Source: an uncultured Actinomycetes bacterium (GTDB lineage: Bacteria; Actinomycetota; Actinomycetes; Nanopelagicales; Nanopelagicaceae). Taken from it: 52,865 nt of DNA. The notes under the pieces are model-generated. The model saw nothing but the letters and a program-made list of their open reading frames with translations, was not told the DNA's origin and made no database searches. The position numbers and the translations under genes are program-made. Shown here one piece after another: positions 40,847-50,872 of this stretch (positions within the stretch are counted from its first letter, which is position 1; each line of letters opens with the position of its first letter). The stretch spans positions 1 through 52,865 of the forward strand of contig CAJBMC010000114.1 in the NCBI GenBank assembly GCA_903954055.1. Direction: 5' to 3'.

Positions 40847-41599
40847 TTACCAAGGAACAATTTTGTGATCTTCCCAGAGAACTCCTGTTGTGTTCTTCTG
40901 GAAATCTTCTGAGGACTTATCGAATTCGCGGGTAGCTAACCAGATTGCAGTCTCTGCACCTTCCTCCGCACTTCGCGGTGCATCAGCTCCACCCATATCA
41001 GTGCGTGAATGATTAGGACACATCGCATCAACAAGCACCCCTCGAGCACCCAGACCTGTTTCATGTGCAAGATTTCGAACGAGCGCATTAACACCCGCCT
41101 TACTAATTCTGTAGGGAGCAAGTCCGCCAGCATTGCCAGGGCCAGACATTCGTCCAAGGCAGGCAGAGAAGATCACGATGCGACCATTGCGTGCTTCAAC
41201 TAGAGCTGGCGCTAATCGATTGACAATTTGAAATACTGAATCGAGATTAATCGACATGACTCGACGCCACTCTTGATCGGTTGTCTTCATCGTCTTCGAC
41301 ATCTTCTCGCTCATGACACCGTGGGCAAGAATTAAATGCGTGATATTCAAATGTGCTGCGGCAATTTTTTCTAAGGCAGATGCCGTTGCTTGCGAGTCCT
41401 CAAAATCAATTGAATAAGTGGTCACTGAATTGGCTCGACCATCGCTCTGAAGTGAGGCTGCGGCAGATTCCAGTCGAGGTGAATCTTTTGCGATAAGGAT
41501 CAGATCAAAGCCCTGAGCTCTCAGCGCCTTCGCAGTTTCAAATCCCAGCCCACGACTTCCGCCAGTGACCAGTGCGATTTTTTGCGAATCCGAATTCAT
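40847..41599 (-). CDS. Short-chain dehydrogenase/reductase
   Basis: TGGSRGLG, YRISK (YxxxK) and RTDMGG. Confidence 0.9.
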   Translation of the reverse strand: MNSDSQKIALVTGGSRGLGFETAKALRAQGFDLILIAKDSPRLESAAASLQSDGRANSVTTYSIDFEDSQATASALEKIAAAHLNITHLILAHGVMSEKMSKTMKTTDQEWRRVMSINLDSVFQIVNRLAPALVEARNGRIVIFSACLGRMSGPGNAGGLAPYRISKAGVNALVRNLAHETGLGARGVLVDAMCPNHSRTDMGGADAPRSAEEGAETAIWLATREFDKSSEDFQKNTTGVLWEDHKIVPW

Positions 41600-41782
41600 G
41601 GTCAAACCATTCCAGTGTGATGGATAGCTCGCCACTTCAAATTCGAGGTGAAATGGTCATCGAGAGGCGAAAGTGTGCGCTATCTCGCTTCTGCCAGGCT
41701 ACTTTCACCATTTATATAGGCACCTCTCAGCCGATACTCTTAGCCTGCAGGCAGGAAGTTAGAGATCGCAAGGGAGCGCTCA

Positions 41783-44700
41783 GTGTCTTCAGGACAAGAT
41801 TTCGGTGCAAATGATTGGCTCGTAGAAGAAATGTACGAGCGATATCAAGCAGATCAATCTTCGGTACCTGCAGAGTGGGTGACCTACTTCCTGTCCGAGC
41901 AAAAAAAGAACAATGCTGTGGCAGGGGTTCCACAACAAGGTGTGAATGTAGGCGGTGTCGCTCTACCCTCAACTCCTCCAACACCAAAGCCAGTTGTTGC
42001 GCCAAATATTCAGATGTCAGGGGTTCCAGCTCAACCAGTCAATCCCGTTGTTGCTCCAACTCCAGTGCAGACTCAACCAGTAGTCCGTGAAGTTGCCGCA
42101 TCTCCTTCGACTCCCGCACAGGCAGATGTTAAGCCGGCTCCAACTTTGACAACACCAAGCGCCGCAACAATGGAACCACTTCGTGGTGTTGCAGGACGCG
42201 TTGTGCAATCAATGGAGGCATCACTCACTGTTCCAACAGCGACATCTGTTCGTGCAATTCCTGCGAAGTTAATGATTGATAATCGCATCGTTATTAATAA
42301 CCATCTTGCTCGCGGCCGCGGTGGAAAAGTTTCATTTACCCACATCATCGCTTACGCAATGATCAAGGCGATGCGTCAGATGCCTGAGATGAATGCTTTC
42401 TTCGGCGAGCTCGATGGAAAGCCAGCTGTTGGACATCCTCAACATATCAACCTCGGTATCGCAATCGACTTGGCTAAACCTGATGGAACACGTCAGCTCT
42501 TAGTTCCATCTATTAAAGGTTGTGAAGCACTTGATTTTGGTCAGTTCTGGGTTTCATATGAAGCAACTGTTAAAAAGGCTCGCACCGGAACTCTGACCGT
42601 CGAAGATTACGCAGGAACAACAGTTTCCCTCACAAATCCAGGCACAATCGGAACAGTTCACTCTGTTCCACGTCTGGTGCAGGGTCAAGGCTTGATCATC
42701 GGCGTTGGCGCGATGGATTACCCAGCAGAATTTCAAGGTGCATCTGAATCAACGCTTGCACGCCTTGCAATTAGCAAGATTCTTACACTGACAAGCACAT
42801 ACGATCACCGCGTCATTCAAGGTGCGCAATCTGGTGATTTCCTTCGCCGCATTCACGAACTCTTACTTGGTGCCGAAGGTTTCTATGATGAAATCTTTAC
42901 CGCCCTTCGTATTCCATACGAGCCAATTCGATGGGCTCCAGATTTCGCTGTTACCAAAGATTCAGAGATTGATAAGACTGCACGCGTTCAGCAATTAATT
43001 GCGGCATATCGAACCTGGGGTCATCTCATGGCAGATATTGATCCACTGGTATATCGCCAACGAATACATCCAGATTTAGATGTTCAGACTCACGGCCTTA
43101 CTTTGTGGGATCTCGATCGTGAATTTGCAACTGGTGGTTTCGGTGGAAAGGCATTCCTTCCACTTCGTAAAATTCTTGGACTCCTCCGTGATTCATATTG
43201 CCGTTCAATCGGTACTGAATATATGCACATTTCAAATCCGGTAGAACGTCAGTGGTTCCAAGAGCACCTCGAAATGAAGTCAGATCGAGTAGATCGTGAT
43301 GAACAGCTTCGTATTTTGCGTAAGCTCAATAGCGCTGAGGCATTTGAATCTTTCTTGCAGACAAAGTTTGTGGGACAGAAGCGCTTCTCTCTCGAAGGTG
43401 GCGAATCAGTTATTCCATTGACTGATGCAATTGTCTCAGCAGCTGCAGAGCGCGGACTTGATGAAGTATGTATCGGAATGCCGCACCGCGGACGACTTAA
43501 CATGCTGGCAAATATTGCAGGTAAGTCATCAGGACAAATTTTCCAGGAGTTCCAGGGACATTATGCAGAGAATGAGGTCCATGGCTCTGGCGATGTGAAG
43601 TACCACTTAGGAACTGAAGGTGTATTCACTGCAGCATCTGGTGCGAAGACAAAGATTTACTTGGCTGCAAATCCATCACACCTTGAGGCAGTTAACCCAG
43701 TACTTGAAGGAATCGTTCGCGCAAAGCAGGATCGCCTCAACACAAAGGGTGCCTACTCAGTGCTTCCGATCTTGATGCATGGTGATGCATCTTTTGCTGG
43801 CCAGGGCGTCAATATGGAAACTCTCCAACTTTCAGGCCTTGCGGGCTATCGCACTGGCGGAACGATTCACGTCGTAATCAATAACCAGGTTGGATTTACA
43901 ACTTCACCACATGCATCACGTACTGCGAGATATTCAACAGATATCGCAAAGATGATTGAAGCTCCGGTATTCCACGTCAATGGTGATGATCCGGAGGCAT
44001 GTGTGCGTGTTGCACGTCTTGCATTTGAATACCGTCAAGAATTTAAGAAAGATGTAGTCATCGACATGGTTTGCTACCGTCGTCGTGGACATAATGAAGG
44101 TGACGAACCAGCTTTCACACAGCCATTGATGTACAAGTTGATTGGTGCAAAGCGCACTACACGTACTCTCTACTCTGAGGCACTTGTTGGTCGCGGTGAC
44201 ATCACACCTGAAGAAGCGCAACAAGTTCAGGCAGAATATCAAGCAGAGCTTGAAGCAGTATTTGCAGCAGTTGCAAATCACGAACCAGAGCACGATCCAA
44301 ACTTCAAGGCACCTGTTGCCCCTTCAGCCGAGGCGATTGCTACTTCAATCACCGAGCCACTCGCTCGTGAAATTGCAGCAACTCAAATTGCAACGCCAGA
44401 AGGATTTACTCTCCACCCAAAGATGGCGCCACAGTTGGCAAAGCGTCCAGAGATGCTCAACGATGGAACTATCGATTGGGCGATGGGCGAACTTCTCGCC
44501 TTTGGTTCAATCTTGAAGGATGGCCATCCAATTCGTTTGGCTGGACAAGATTCTCGTCGCGGAACATTCTCAAACCGCCATGCAGTTATCGTTGATGCCG
44601 AGAATGCAAATGAGTGGACCCCGCTTCGCTCGATGATTCAAGATGAAAATCAATTCTTCGTCATCGACTCATTACTGAGTGAGTACGCTGCAATGGGCTT

Positions 44701-45499
44701 TGAATACGGTTATTCAGTAGTTCGCCCAGAGGCGCTCGTCATGTGGGAAGGCCAATTTGGTGACTTCTCAAATGGTGCTCAAACAATCGTTGATGAATTT
44801 ATCTCTTCAGCACTTCAAAAGTGGGGCGAGCGTTCATCGCTAGTTCTACTTCTTCCACACGGCTATGAAGGGCAAGGGCCAGATCACTCATCAGCACGTA
44901 TCGAGCGTTACCTACAGCTCTGTGCTGAAAATAATATGACTGTCGCTCAGCCATCATCACCTGCTTCTTACTTCCACTTGTTGCGTTGGCATGTTGCAAA
45001 CCCAACACGTCGTCCGATGGTTGTCTTTACTCCTAAGTCAATGTTGCGCCTCAAGGCTGCAGCATCTCAGCTCAGTGATTTCACAAGCGGAACATTCCGT
45101 CCGGTTATTGGTGATGACAAAGTTCAGAACGCTTCACGTTTAATCTTCTGCTCTGGAAAGATTTATCACGACCTAGTTGCAGAGCGCGAAAAATTGGGTG
45201 AGAACACAACTGCGATTGTTCGAGTTGAACTTCTCTATCCTCTTCCAATCGATGCAATGCGTGAAGAAGCGGCAAAGCATCCCAATGCGACTCTTCTCTG
45301 GGTTCAGGATGAGCCAGCAAATCAGGGTCCATGGCCACATATTGCTCTGCGCACATCTGAATCACTGGGCGGAATTTCAATTAGTGATCGAGTATTCCGT
45401 CGAGTATCACGTCGTTCTACTGCATCTCCGGCAACTGGAAATCACCACTTGCACGAGGAAGAGTTGAAGGCGTTGTTGCAAGAAGCATTTACTCGATAA
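41783..45499 (+). CDS. kgd: Multifunctional 2-oxoglutarate decarboxylase/dehydrogenase (Kgd/OdhA; acyltransferase + E1)
   Basis: FGANDWLVEEMY, TYDHRVIQG, KRFSLEG, HGDASF (ThDP) and HGYEGQGPDHSS. Confidence 0.96.
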   Translation: MSSGQDFGANDWLVEEMYERYQADQSSVPAEWVTYFLSEQKKNNAVAGVPQQGVNVGGVALPSTPPTPKPVVAPNIQMSGVPAQPVNPVVAPTPVQTQPVVREVAASPSTPAQADVKPAPTLTTPSAATMEPLRGVAGRVVQSMEASLTVPTATSVRAIPAKLMIDNRIVINNHLARGRGGKVSFTHIIAYAMIKAMRQMPEMNAFFGELDGKPAVGHPQHINLGIAIDLAKPDGTRQLLVPSIKGCEALDFGQFWVSYEATVKKARTGTLTVEDYAGTTVSLTNPGTIGTVHSVPRLVQGQGLIIGVGAMDYPAEFQGASESTLARLAISKILTLTSTYDHRVIQGAQSGDFLRRIHELLLGAEGFYDEIFTALRIPYEPIRWAPDFAVTKDSEIDKTARVQQLIAAYRTWGHLMADIDPLVYRQRIHPDLDVQTHGLTLWDLDREFATGGFGGKAFLPLRKILGLLRDSYCRSIGTEYMHISNPVERQWFQEHLEMKSDRVDRDEQLRILRKLNSAEAFESFLQTKFVGQKRFSLEGGESVIPLTDAIVSAAAERGLDEVCIGMPHRGRLNMLANIAGKSSGQIFQEFQGHYAENEVHGSGDVKYHLGTEGVFTAASGAKTKIYLAANPSHLEAVNPVLEGIVRAKQDRLNTKGAYSVLPILMHGDASFAGQGVNMETLQLSGLAGYRTGGTIHVVINNQVGFTTSPHASRTARYSTDIAKMIEAPVFHVNGDDPEACVRVARLAFEYRQEFKKDVVIDMVCYRRRGHNEGDEPAFTQPLMYKLIGAKRTTRTLYSEALVGRGDITPEEAQQVQAEYQAELEAVFAAVANHEPEHDPNFKAPVAPSAEAIATSITEPLAREIAATQIATPEGFTLHPKMAPQLAKRPEMLNDGTIDWAMGELLAFGSILKDGHPIRLAGQDSRRGTFSNRHAVIVDAENANEWTPLRSMIQDENQFFVIDSLLSEYAAMGFEYGYSVVRPEALVMWEGQFGDFSNGAQTIVDEFISSALQKWGERSSLVLLLPHGYEGQGPDHSSARIERYLQLCAENNMTVAQPSSPASYFHLLRWHVANPTRRPMVVFTPKSMLRLKAAASQLSDFTSGTFRPVIGDDKVQNASRLIFCSGKIYHDLVAEREKLGENTTAIVRVELLYPLPIDAMREEAAKHPNATLLWVQDEPANQGPWPHIALRTSESLGGISISDRVFRRVSRRSTASPATGNHHLHEEELKALLQEAFTR

Positions 45500-45509
45500 A
45501 ACTGAGTAA

Positions 45510-45872
45510 CTACTTTTTGCCTTTACGAACTCTCGATATCACCTTTGCCTGAACGCAGGCGACGGGTAACCATCCCCATTCGCGAGAATCTGTTCCTTCT
45601 GGGTTGTCGCTTAAAAGAAAAATCTGATTTGTCTCTTCTCGCACTTCACTGATGCGCTTTACATAGAAGATGCCTGGATACTCGGGGCGTTCTACGACAA
45701 CGACATCGCCGATAGTGACGCGATTGCCAAAGATGTTGCCAAGTACCTTCATCGGGCTATATCCGGTATCCCGAAGGGCAAAGCCACTCCACTGCGCCAT
45801 GAGCCAATCACCTGGCGCATATGTTGGCTGCATAGATTCGCCCTCAACGAGGACGGTGGAGTACTTGCTCAT
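45510..45872 (-). CDS. sodX: Ni-SOD maturation protease (S26 family)
   Basis: GESMQPT (Ser), YVKRI (Lys) and SDNPEGTDSREWG; divergent from sodN. Confidence 0.88.
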   Translation of the reverse strand: MSKYSTVLVEGESMQPTYAPGDWLMAQWSGFALRDTGYSPMKVLGNIFGNRVTIGDVVVVERPEYPGIFYVKRISEVREETNQIFLLSDNPEGTDSREWGWLPVACVQAKVISRVRKGKK

Positions 45873-45911
45873 AAGGTGCAGTCTAGGCAAGGCTCGACTA
45901 ATCTTTGAACC

Positions 45912-46322
45912 ATGAGAAACCTACTAACTTCAGTATTTACACCAAAGACAACTGTCCTTGCTCACTGCGATCTACCTTGTGGCGTCTATGACCCAGCACA
46001 GGCTCGCATTGAAGCTCTCTCTGTAAAGGCATGCATGGAGAAGTACGCAGCTAATATAGATGTTGATTTCCGTTCACGTTCTGTTGCAATCAAAGAAGAG
46101 CGTTCACATGCAGTGAAGGATCACCTCTGGGTGCTCTGGACTGACTACTTCAAGGCCCCACACTTCGAGAAGTACCCACAGCTTCACACTCTCTTCAATG
46201 AGGCGACAAAACTTGCTGGTGCTGCTGGAACAAAGGGCACTCAGGATGTTGCAGTTGCAGATTCATTGATCGCAAAGATCGATGAGATTGCAGCGATTTT
46301 CTGGGAGACAAAGAAGGCTTAA
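45912..46322 (+). CDS. sodN: Nickel superoxide dismutase
   Basis: Ni-hook HCDLPCGVYDP after a 17-aa propeptide; LWVLWTDYFK. Confidence 0.97.
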   Translation: MRNLLTSVFTPKTTVLAHCDLPCGVYDPAQARIEALSVKACMEKYAANIDVDFRSRSVAIKEERSHAVKDHLWVLWTDYFKAPHFEKYPQLHTLFNEATKLAGAAGTKGTQDVAVADSLIAKIDEIAAIFWETKKA

Positions 46323-46730
46323 TTAATTTTTTAATAGCGATTGAGCGGCAGTGCGAGCGAGGAAAGTTACTCGCTCCACTGTCGCTCTTTTTATTTCAGC
46401 TTGCGCAATATGGCGCTCACCTTCATAGACATCACATTCAAAAACTAATTCGCGACCTTCGATATTGGTGCAACGTGCATTTGCGCGAAGTTCATCGCCG
46501 ACCTGAGCCGATGCAAGTAATTCAATAGATGTTGAGAGTAAGAAAGTAGTCTCTCCATTATCAAGATATTCGCTAAGGGCTGCAATCGTCGCAGACTCCA
46601 TCATGTGTAAGAGGTGAGATGTCGCGATCACTGGAAGTTCTGAAAGCCCCATTACTAGTGCAGTATCACCAGGTCGAACTGTCATGACAGAGAAGCCAAC
46701 AGCTCCTAGAACCTCCTCAGCCGGTTTCAC
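46323..46730 (-). CDS. Hotdog-fold thioesterase (FlK-like)
   Basis: DTALVMG..LPVIATSHLLHMMESA pattern. Confidence 0.72.
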   Translation of the reverse strand: MKPAEEVLGAVGFSVMTVRPGDTALVMGLSELPVIATSHLLHMMESATIAALSEYLDNGETTFLLSTSIELLASAQVGDELRANARCTNIEGRELVFECDVYEGERHIAQAEIKRATVERVTFLARTAAQSLLKN

Positions 46731-46732
46731 TC

Positions 46733-47128
46733 TTACTGCTCACCATCATCATCGATAAAATGCTGAATATGTGTCTGCTCAATCTGAATTTCCCGATGCT
46801 CGATATTTCCGTATTCATCAATTTCAATGGAAATCTCGGTCATGCTGAATTGTGTAACGACCTCGGTAGAGCCAGCCATTTGCGCACGTAATTGACGATG
46901 AATCGCCTCGTGTAAATCTTCTGGGGCACGTTCATTGCATGAACGGCGCAGTGTCTCTTGTAGCAAATCATGCATTGCCCGCTCATGAGCAATTTCTGCG
47001 GTGCAAGGAAGACAGGAGCTAATGTGCTCTTCGATTGCAGATCGCTGAGGCAACTGCTCGAGCTCACCTTCGATAATAAATATCACTGATGAGAGAACGT
47101 CACCACATTGAATTTCAATAAAACTCAT
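46733..47128 (-). CDS. rsrA: Zinc-binding anti-sigma factor (RsrA/RshA-like)
   Basis: N-terminal Cys, HISSCLPC (HxxxCxxC) and [12 protein letters not shown]; coupled to the sigma gene. Confidence 0.82.
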   Translation of the reverse strand: MSFIEIQCGDVLSSVIFIIEGELEQLPQRSAIEEHISSCLPCTAEIAHERAMHDLLQETLRRSCNERAPEDLHEAIHRQLRAQMAGSTEVVTQFSMTEISIEIDEYGNIEHREIQIEQTHIQHFIDDDGEQ

Positions 47129-47745
47129 GGCCGCTCTCCCTTCGTCGCCTTCTTGGAAGTTTCAACAGAGTAGCCAAGTTCTTTTGCATAATCTGAAAGC
47201 TTTTCTCGGAGTTGCTTGCGGCCGCGACTCAATCGTGACATCACGGTTCCGGCAGGAATTCCGATAATCTCGGCGATCTCTTTATAGGAAAAGCCTTCGA
47301 CATCTGCAAGATAGACAACCATTCGAAAATCTTCTGGAATCTCATGGAGTGCACGCTTGATATCGCTATCAGGAAGATTCTCGAGCGCCTCTGCCTCCGC
47401 AGACTTTCCAAGATCGCTTGTATGCGATTGCGCCTGCGCGAGTTGCCAATCCTCTAATTCAGCTTGCGCAATTTGTGGACGTCGCTGATCTTTCCGATAG
47501 GTATTGATAAAAGTTGTAGTAAGGACTCGGTATAGCCAGGCACGAAGGTTGGTCCCATCTTCGTATTGGTGAAAAGAGGTGAACGCTTTGAGATATGTAT
47601 CTTGAACTAAATCGCGGGCATCTTCTGGATTTTTTGTGTAGCGAAGCGCCGCTGCATAGAGCTGATCGGTGAAGGCAAGCGCATCGCGCTCGAACCGAAT
47701 CGTGCGATCGGCCGCGCTCTCGAGTACTAAATCCTTCGATGTCAT
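47125..47745 (-). CDS. sigR: ECF sigma factor SigR/SigH
   Basis: [38 protein letters not shown] and GTVMSRL. Start at ATG 47745 or 47754. Confidence 0.88.
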   Translation of the reverse strand: MTSKDLVLESAADRTIRFERDALAFTDQLYAAALRYTKNPEDARDLVQDTYLKAFTSFHQYEDGTNLRAWLYRVLTTTFINTYRKDQRRPQIAQAELEDWQLAQAQSHTSDLGKSAEAEALENLPDSDIKRALHEIPEDFRMVVYLADVEGFSYKEIAEIIGIPAGTVMSRLSRGRKQLREKLSDYAKELGYSVETSKKATKGERP

Positions 47746-47780
47746 TAATGCCATCCTAACCCGAGCGCCTTAAAAATCAA

Positions 47781-48491
47781 CTAGAAAAGGGTCTGAGGTT
47801 CACCAAGTTCGATTTCGGAGATTAGCTCTGGCCCATTATTTGCAACGAGGTTTACTCGCGATGAGACCGGGCGGGTAATTAAGCCGGCGGCAGGATTTGC
47901 GTTCGCCATTAAACCTTGGAGCTTCTCTACCTCTCGGTTCTGCGGATCTAGCCACTCACTCCACCGATCACGTGCCATAAAAACTGGCATCCGACTATGA
48001 ATGGTTGCTAATTCATCAATCGCTTCTCTCGTGATGATGGATGCGCTTTGAATGACTTCACCTTTCTCGCTCCGCCATGTACTGCAGATTCCGGCAATAG
48101 ATAGTGGAGAGCCATCACGACTTGTGATGTAGAAAGGTTGTTTCGGTGGATATTTTCCAAGCGATGTAGCCCATTCGTAATAACCAGTTGCTGGAATTAA
48201 GCAGCGCGACGTTCTAAATGCATCGCGAAACGTTGGCTTCTCATGTATTGATTCGCTACGCGCATTAATTGCATGCGATTGCCCAGCACGTGCATCGACC
48301 ATATTTTTCTGCCACGGCGCAATCAAGCCCCAGCTAGCGCTTTCGAGCGAGCCAGCTTTCACAATATAGATCTCATTTGTCGGTGCAATGTTCCAATTGA
48401 GCGGCAAGGTCGGCGACGAACTATCGTCAGTGAGATTAAAGAAGGCAACAATCTCTTCTTGGCTCTGAGCCATCGCAAATCTGCCGCACAT
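47781..48491 (-). CDS. SOS response-associated peptidase (SRAP/YedK)
   Basis: MCGRF N-terminus (catalytic Cys2), NIAPT, INARSE, GYYEW and IHSRMP. Confidence 0.93.
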   Translation of the reverse strand: MCGRFAMAQSQEEIVAFFNLTDDSSSPTLPLNWNIAPTNEIYIVKAGSLESASWGLIAPWQKNMVDARAGQSHAINARSESIHEKPTFRDAFRTSRCLIPATGYYEWATSLGKYPPKQPFYITSRDGSPLSIAGICSTWRSEKGEVIQSASIITREAIDELATIHSRMPVFMARDRWSEWLDPQNREVEKLQGLMANANPAAGLITRPVSSRVNLVANNGPELISEIELGEPQTLF

Positions 48492-48533
48492 AATGCGAAT
48501 CGTATCGGGATGAGGCGAGGGTAGACTTGGCAC

Positions 48534-49826
48534 ATGACTTCACCGCATCCGCTCTGGGCCGCACCTTTTCGCGGTCCTTTGCCGGTAAATGCAACGGTCA
48601 CGATTCCTGGTTCAAAATCAGTTACCAATCGGGCGCTCATACTTGCAGCTCAAGCCACCTCTCCATCGATTATTCGTAAGCCCCTCATCTCACGAGATTC
48701 AGAGTTAATGTCAGCTGGCCTCGTTGCGATGGGCGTTGCGATTGAAAATGGAAGCAACGCCTCTGGTGATTTTTGGAGAGTTACTCCAGGCAAACTCGCA
48801 GGTCCTGCATCAATAGATGTCGGCAATGCTGGAACCGTTATGCGCTTCTTGCCCCCATTAGCAGCACTTGCCCACGGTGATATTTCGTTCGATGGCGATC
48901 CGCGGAGTTATGAACGTCCACTGGGTCCTGTCATTAAAGCCTTAGAAGATCTTGGTATCGAGATAGAACACGATGGTCGTTATTCGTTGCCACTGGTAAT
49001 GAAATCAAAGGGCAGTATTCCTGGCGGTGCGCTCACAATCGATGCGAGTGCATCGAGCCAATTCTTATCTGCACTTCTCTTGGTTGGACCAAGTATGAGT
49101 AATGGAATAACCGTTAAGCACTCTGGCGGCACACTTCCATCGATGCCTCATATTGAGATGACAGTGCAGATGCTCCGTGATTTTGGCGCGAAGGTCACAG
49201 TTGACTCCGCTGCACAGACATGGCGAGTCGAACCAGGTGAGTTACATGGAGTCGACTTAATTATCGAACCAGATCTATCAAATGCTGCACCTTTTATCTC
49301 GCTCGCAATGGTCTGTGGGGGTTCAATCACAATTACCGATTGGCCAGAGAAGACGACGCAACCTGGTGACCAGTTGCGAGAGATTTTTGCTGCGATGGGT
49401 TCGACCGTCGAATTTGTCGAAGGCGGATTAAAAGTTACCGGAGGAGCGAAAATTCATGGAATCGATATTGATCTCCATGACGTCGGCGAACTCACGCCTT
49501 CGATTGCAGCGCTAGCCGCTCTGGCAGATTCACCATCACACCTGCGCGGCATCGGCCATCTTCGTTTACATGAGACTGATCGACTTGCAGCGCTGACTCG
49601 TGAGATTAATGCAATCGGTGGATCTGTTACTGAAGAAGAGACTGCTCTTCACGTCAATCCGCAGCCACTACATGCCGGTGTTTTTCACACTTATGATGAT
49701 CATCGTTTAGCAACAGCTGGAGCGGTAATCGGTCTCATTGTTGAAGGTATCGAGGTCGAAAACATTGCAACCACACGAAAAACTCTCACCGACTTCCCTG
49801 GCCTCTGGAAGAGCCTCCTCCACTAA
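48534..49826 (+). CDS. aroA: EPSP synthase
   Basis: PGSKSVTNR, GNAGTVMRF, SSQFLSALL, HETDR and DDHR. Confidence 0.97.
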   Translation: MTSPHPLWAAPFRGPLPVNATVTIPGSKSVTNRALILAAQATSPSIIRKPLISRDSELMSAGLVAMGVAIENGSNASGDFWRVTPGKLAGPASIDVGNAGTVMRFLPPLAALAHGDISFDGDPRSYERPLGPVIKALEDLGIEIEHDGRYSLPLVMKSKGSIPGGALTIDASASSQFLSALLLVGPSMSNGITVKHSGGTLPSMPHIEMTVQMLRDFGAKVTVDSAAQTWRVEPGELHGVDLIIEPDLSNAAPFISLAMVCGGSITITDWPEKTTQPGDQLREIFAAMGSTVEFVEGGLKVTGGAKIHGIDIDLHDVGELTPSIAALAALADSPSHLRGIGHLRLHETDRLAALTREINAIGGSVTEEETALHVNPQPLHAGVFHTYDDHRLATAGAVIGLIVEGIEVENIATTRKTLTDFPGLWKSLLH

Positions 49827-49840
49827 ATGGTGAATTGCGC

Positions 49841-50872
49841 ATGAGTCCACGCGAATACGACGAATCTGATGTTCGCATCAGGCCCACACGTACAACGCGC
49901 CGCCGCAGCAAGGATCGACCATCTCACAGCGATTCACATACCGCACTCGTAATCTCTGTCGATAGAGGGCGAAGTGGTTGCGTTCTTGAAGATGGCCCAA
50001 ATGCAGGTCAACTCGTTGTTGCGATGAAAGCCCGTGAACTTGGTCCTAAATCAGTTGTCGTTGGCGACTCAGTTGAAATTGTTGGAGATACATCAGGAGA
50101 TGAAGGCACTCTCGCTCGAATTGTTAAGGTCAATGATCGCGTAAATTCACTCAGTCGAACAGTTGATGATGCGGCGAAGCTGGAACGTACAATTGTTGCG
50201 AACATTGATCAACTTCTAATTGTTGTTGCGTCAGCAAATCCCGAGCCACGTCGTGGACTCATTGATCGATTTCTAGTGAGTGCATTTATTGAGAAGATTC
50301 ACCCCATCATCGTTGTGACAAAGATTGATGTTGCACCAATTCCAGATTTCATGGAGAAGTATGCAGCCCTCGGTGTTGAAATCATGACTACCTCATCAAA
50401 GGTTGCTGATCGTCCAGAACAAGTGAGCGAGATTGCAAAAGTTCTCAAAGATAAAGTCTCGGTCCTTGTTGGCCACTCAGGTGTAGGTAAATCAACGTTG
50501 ATTAATGATCTTGTCCCTGAGGCAGATCGCCTCACAGGTGATGTCAACGATGTCACTGGTCGCGGCCGACATACCTCTTCCAGCGCTATCGCCCTTGAAC
50601 TTCCCGCAGGTGGATGGATTATCGATACTCCAGGAATTCGAGCATTCGGTTTAGCCCACCGTGATCCACGTGAAATTGTGGAAGCGTTTCCCGACCTGGC
50701 TGAAGTGGCATCAACATGTATGTCTCATTGCTCACACGCTGAAGAATCATGTGCACTCAATAGCTGGATAAATGCAGATTCTGCCCATGCGGAGGAGCGT
50801 CAATTACGCGTTGAAAGTTTACGTTCGCTCTTAGATGTAAAGAGTTACGTAGACTTAGGGCATGAGCAGTAG
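49841..50872 (+). CDS. rsgA: Ribosome small subunit-dependent GTPase A
   Basis: Circularly permuted GTPase: TKID, GHSGVGKST, GRHTS and DTPG; C/H zinc tail. Confidence 0.95.
   Translation: MSPREYDESDVRIRPTRTTRRRSKDRPSHSDSHTALVISVDRGRSGCVLEDGPNAGQLVVAMKARELGPKSVVVGDSVEIVGDTSGDEGTLARIVKVNDRVNSLSRTVDDAAKLERTIVANIDQLLIVVASANPEPRRGLIDRFLVSAFIEKIHPIIVVTKIDVAPIPDFMEKYAALGVEIMTTSSKVADRPEQVSEIAKVLKDKVSVLVGHSGVGKSTLINDLVPEADRLTGDVNDVTGRGRHTSSSAIALELPAGGWIIDTPGIRAFGLAHRDPREIVEAFPDLAEVASTCMSHCSHAEESCALNSWINADSAHAEERQLRVESLRSLLDVKSYVDLGHEQ

Noticed and set aside
40822-40848. Terminator after the glycine-rich gene
   Set aside because: Only a 4-bp stem before the T tract; too weak to call.
41783-45499. E2-E1 fusion as a novelty
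   Set aside because: This is the standard actinobacterial Kgd/OdhA architecture.
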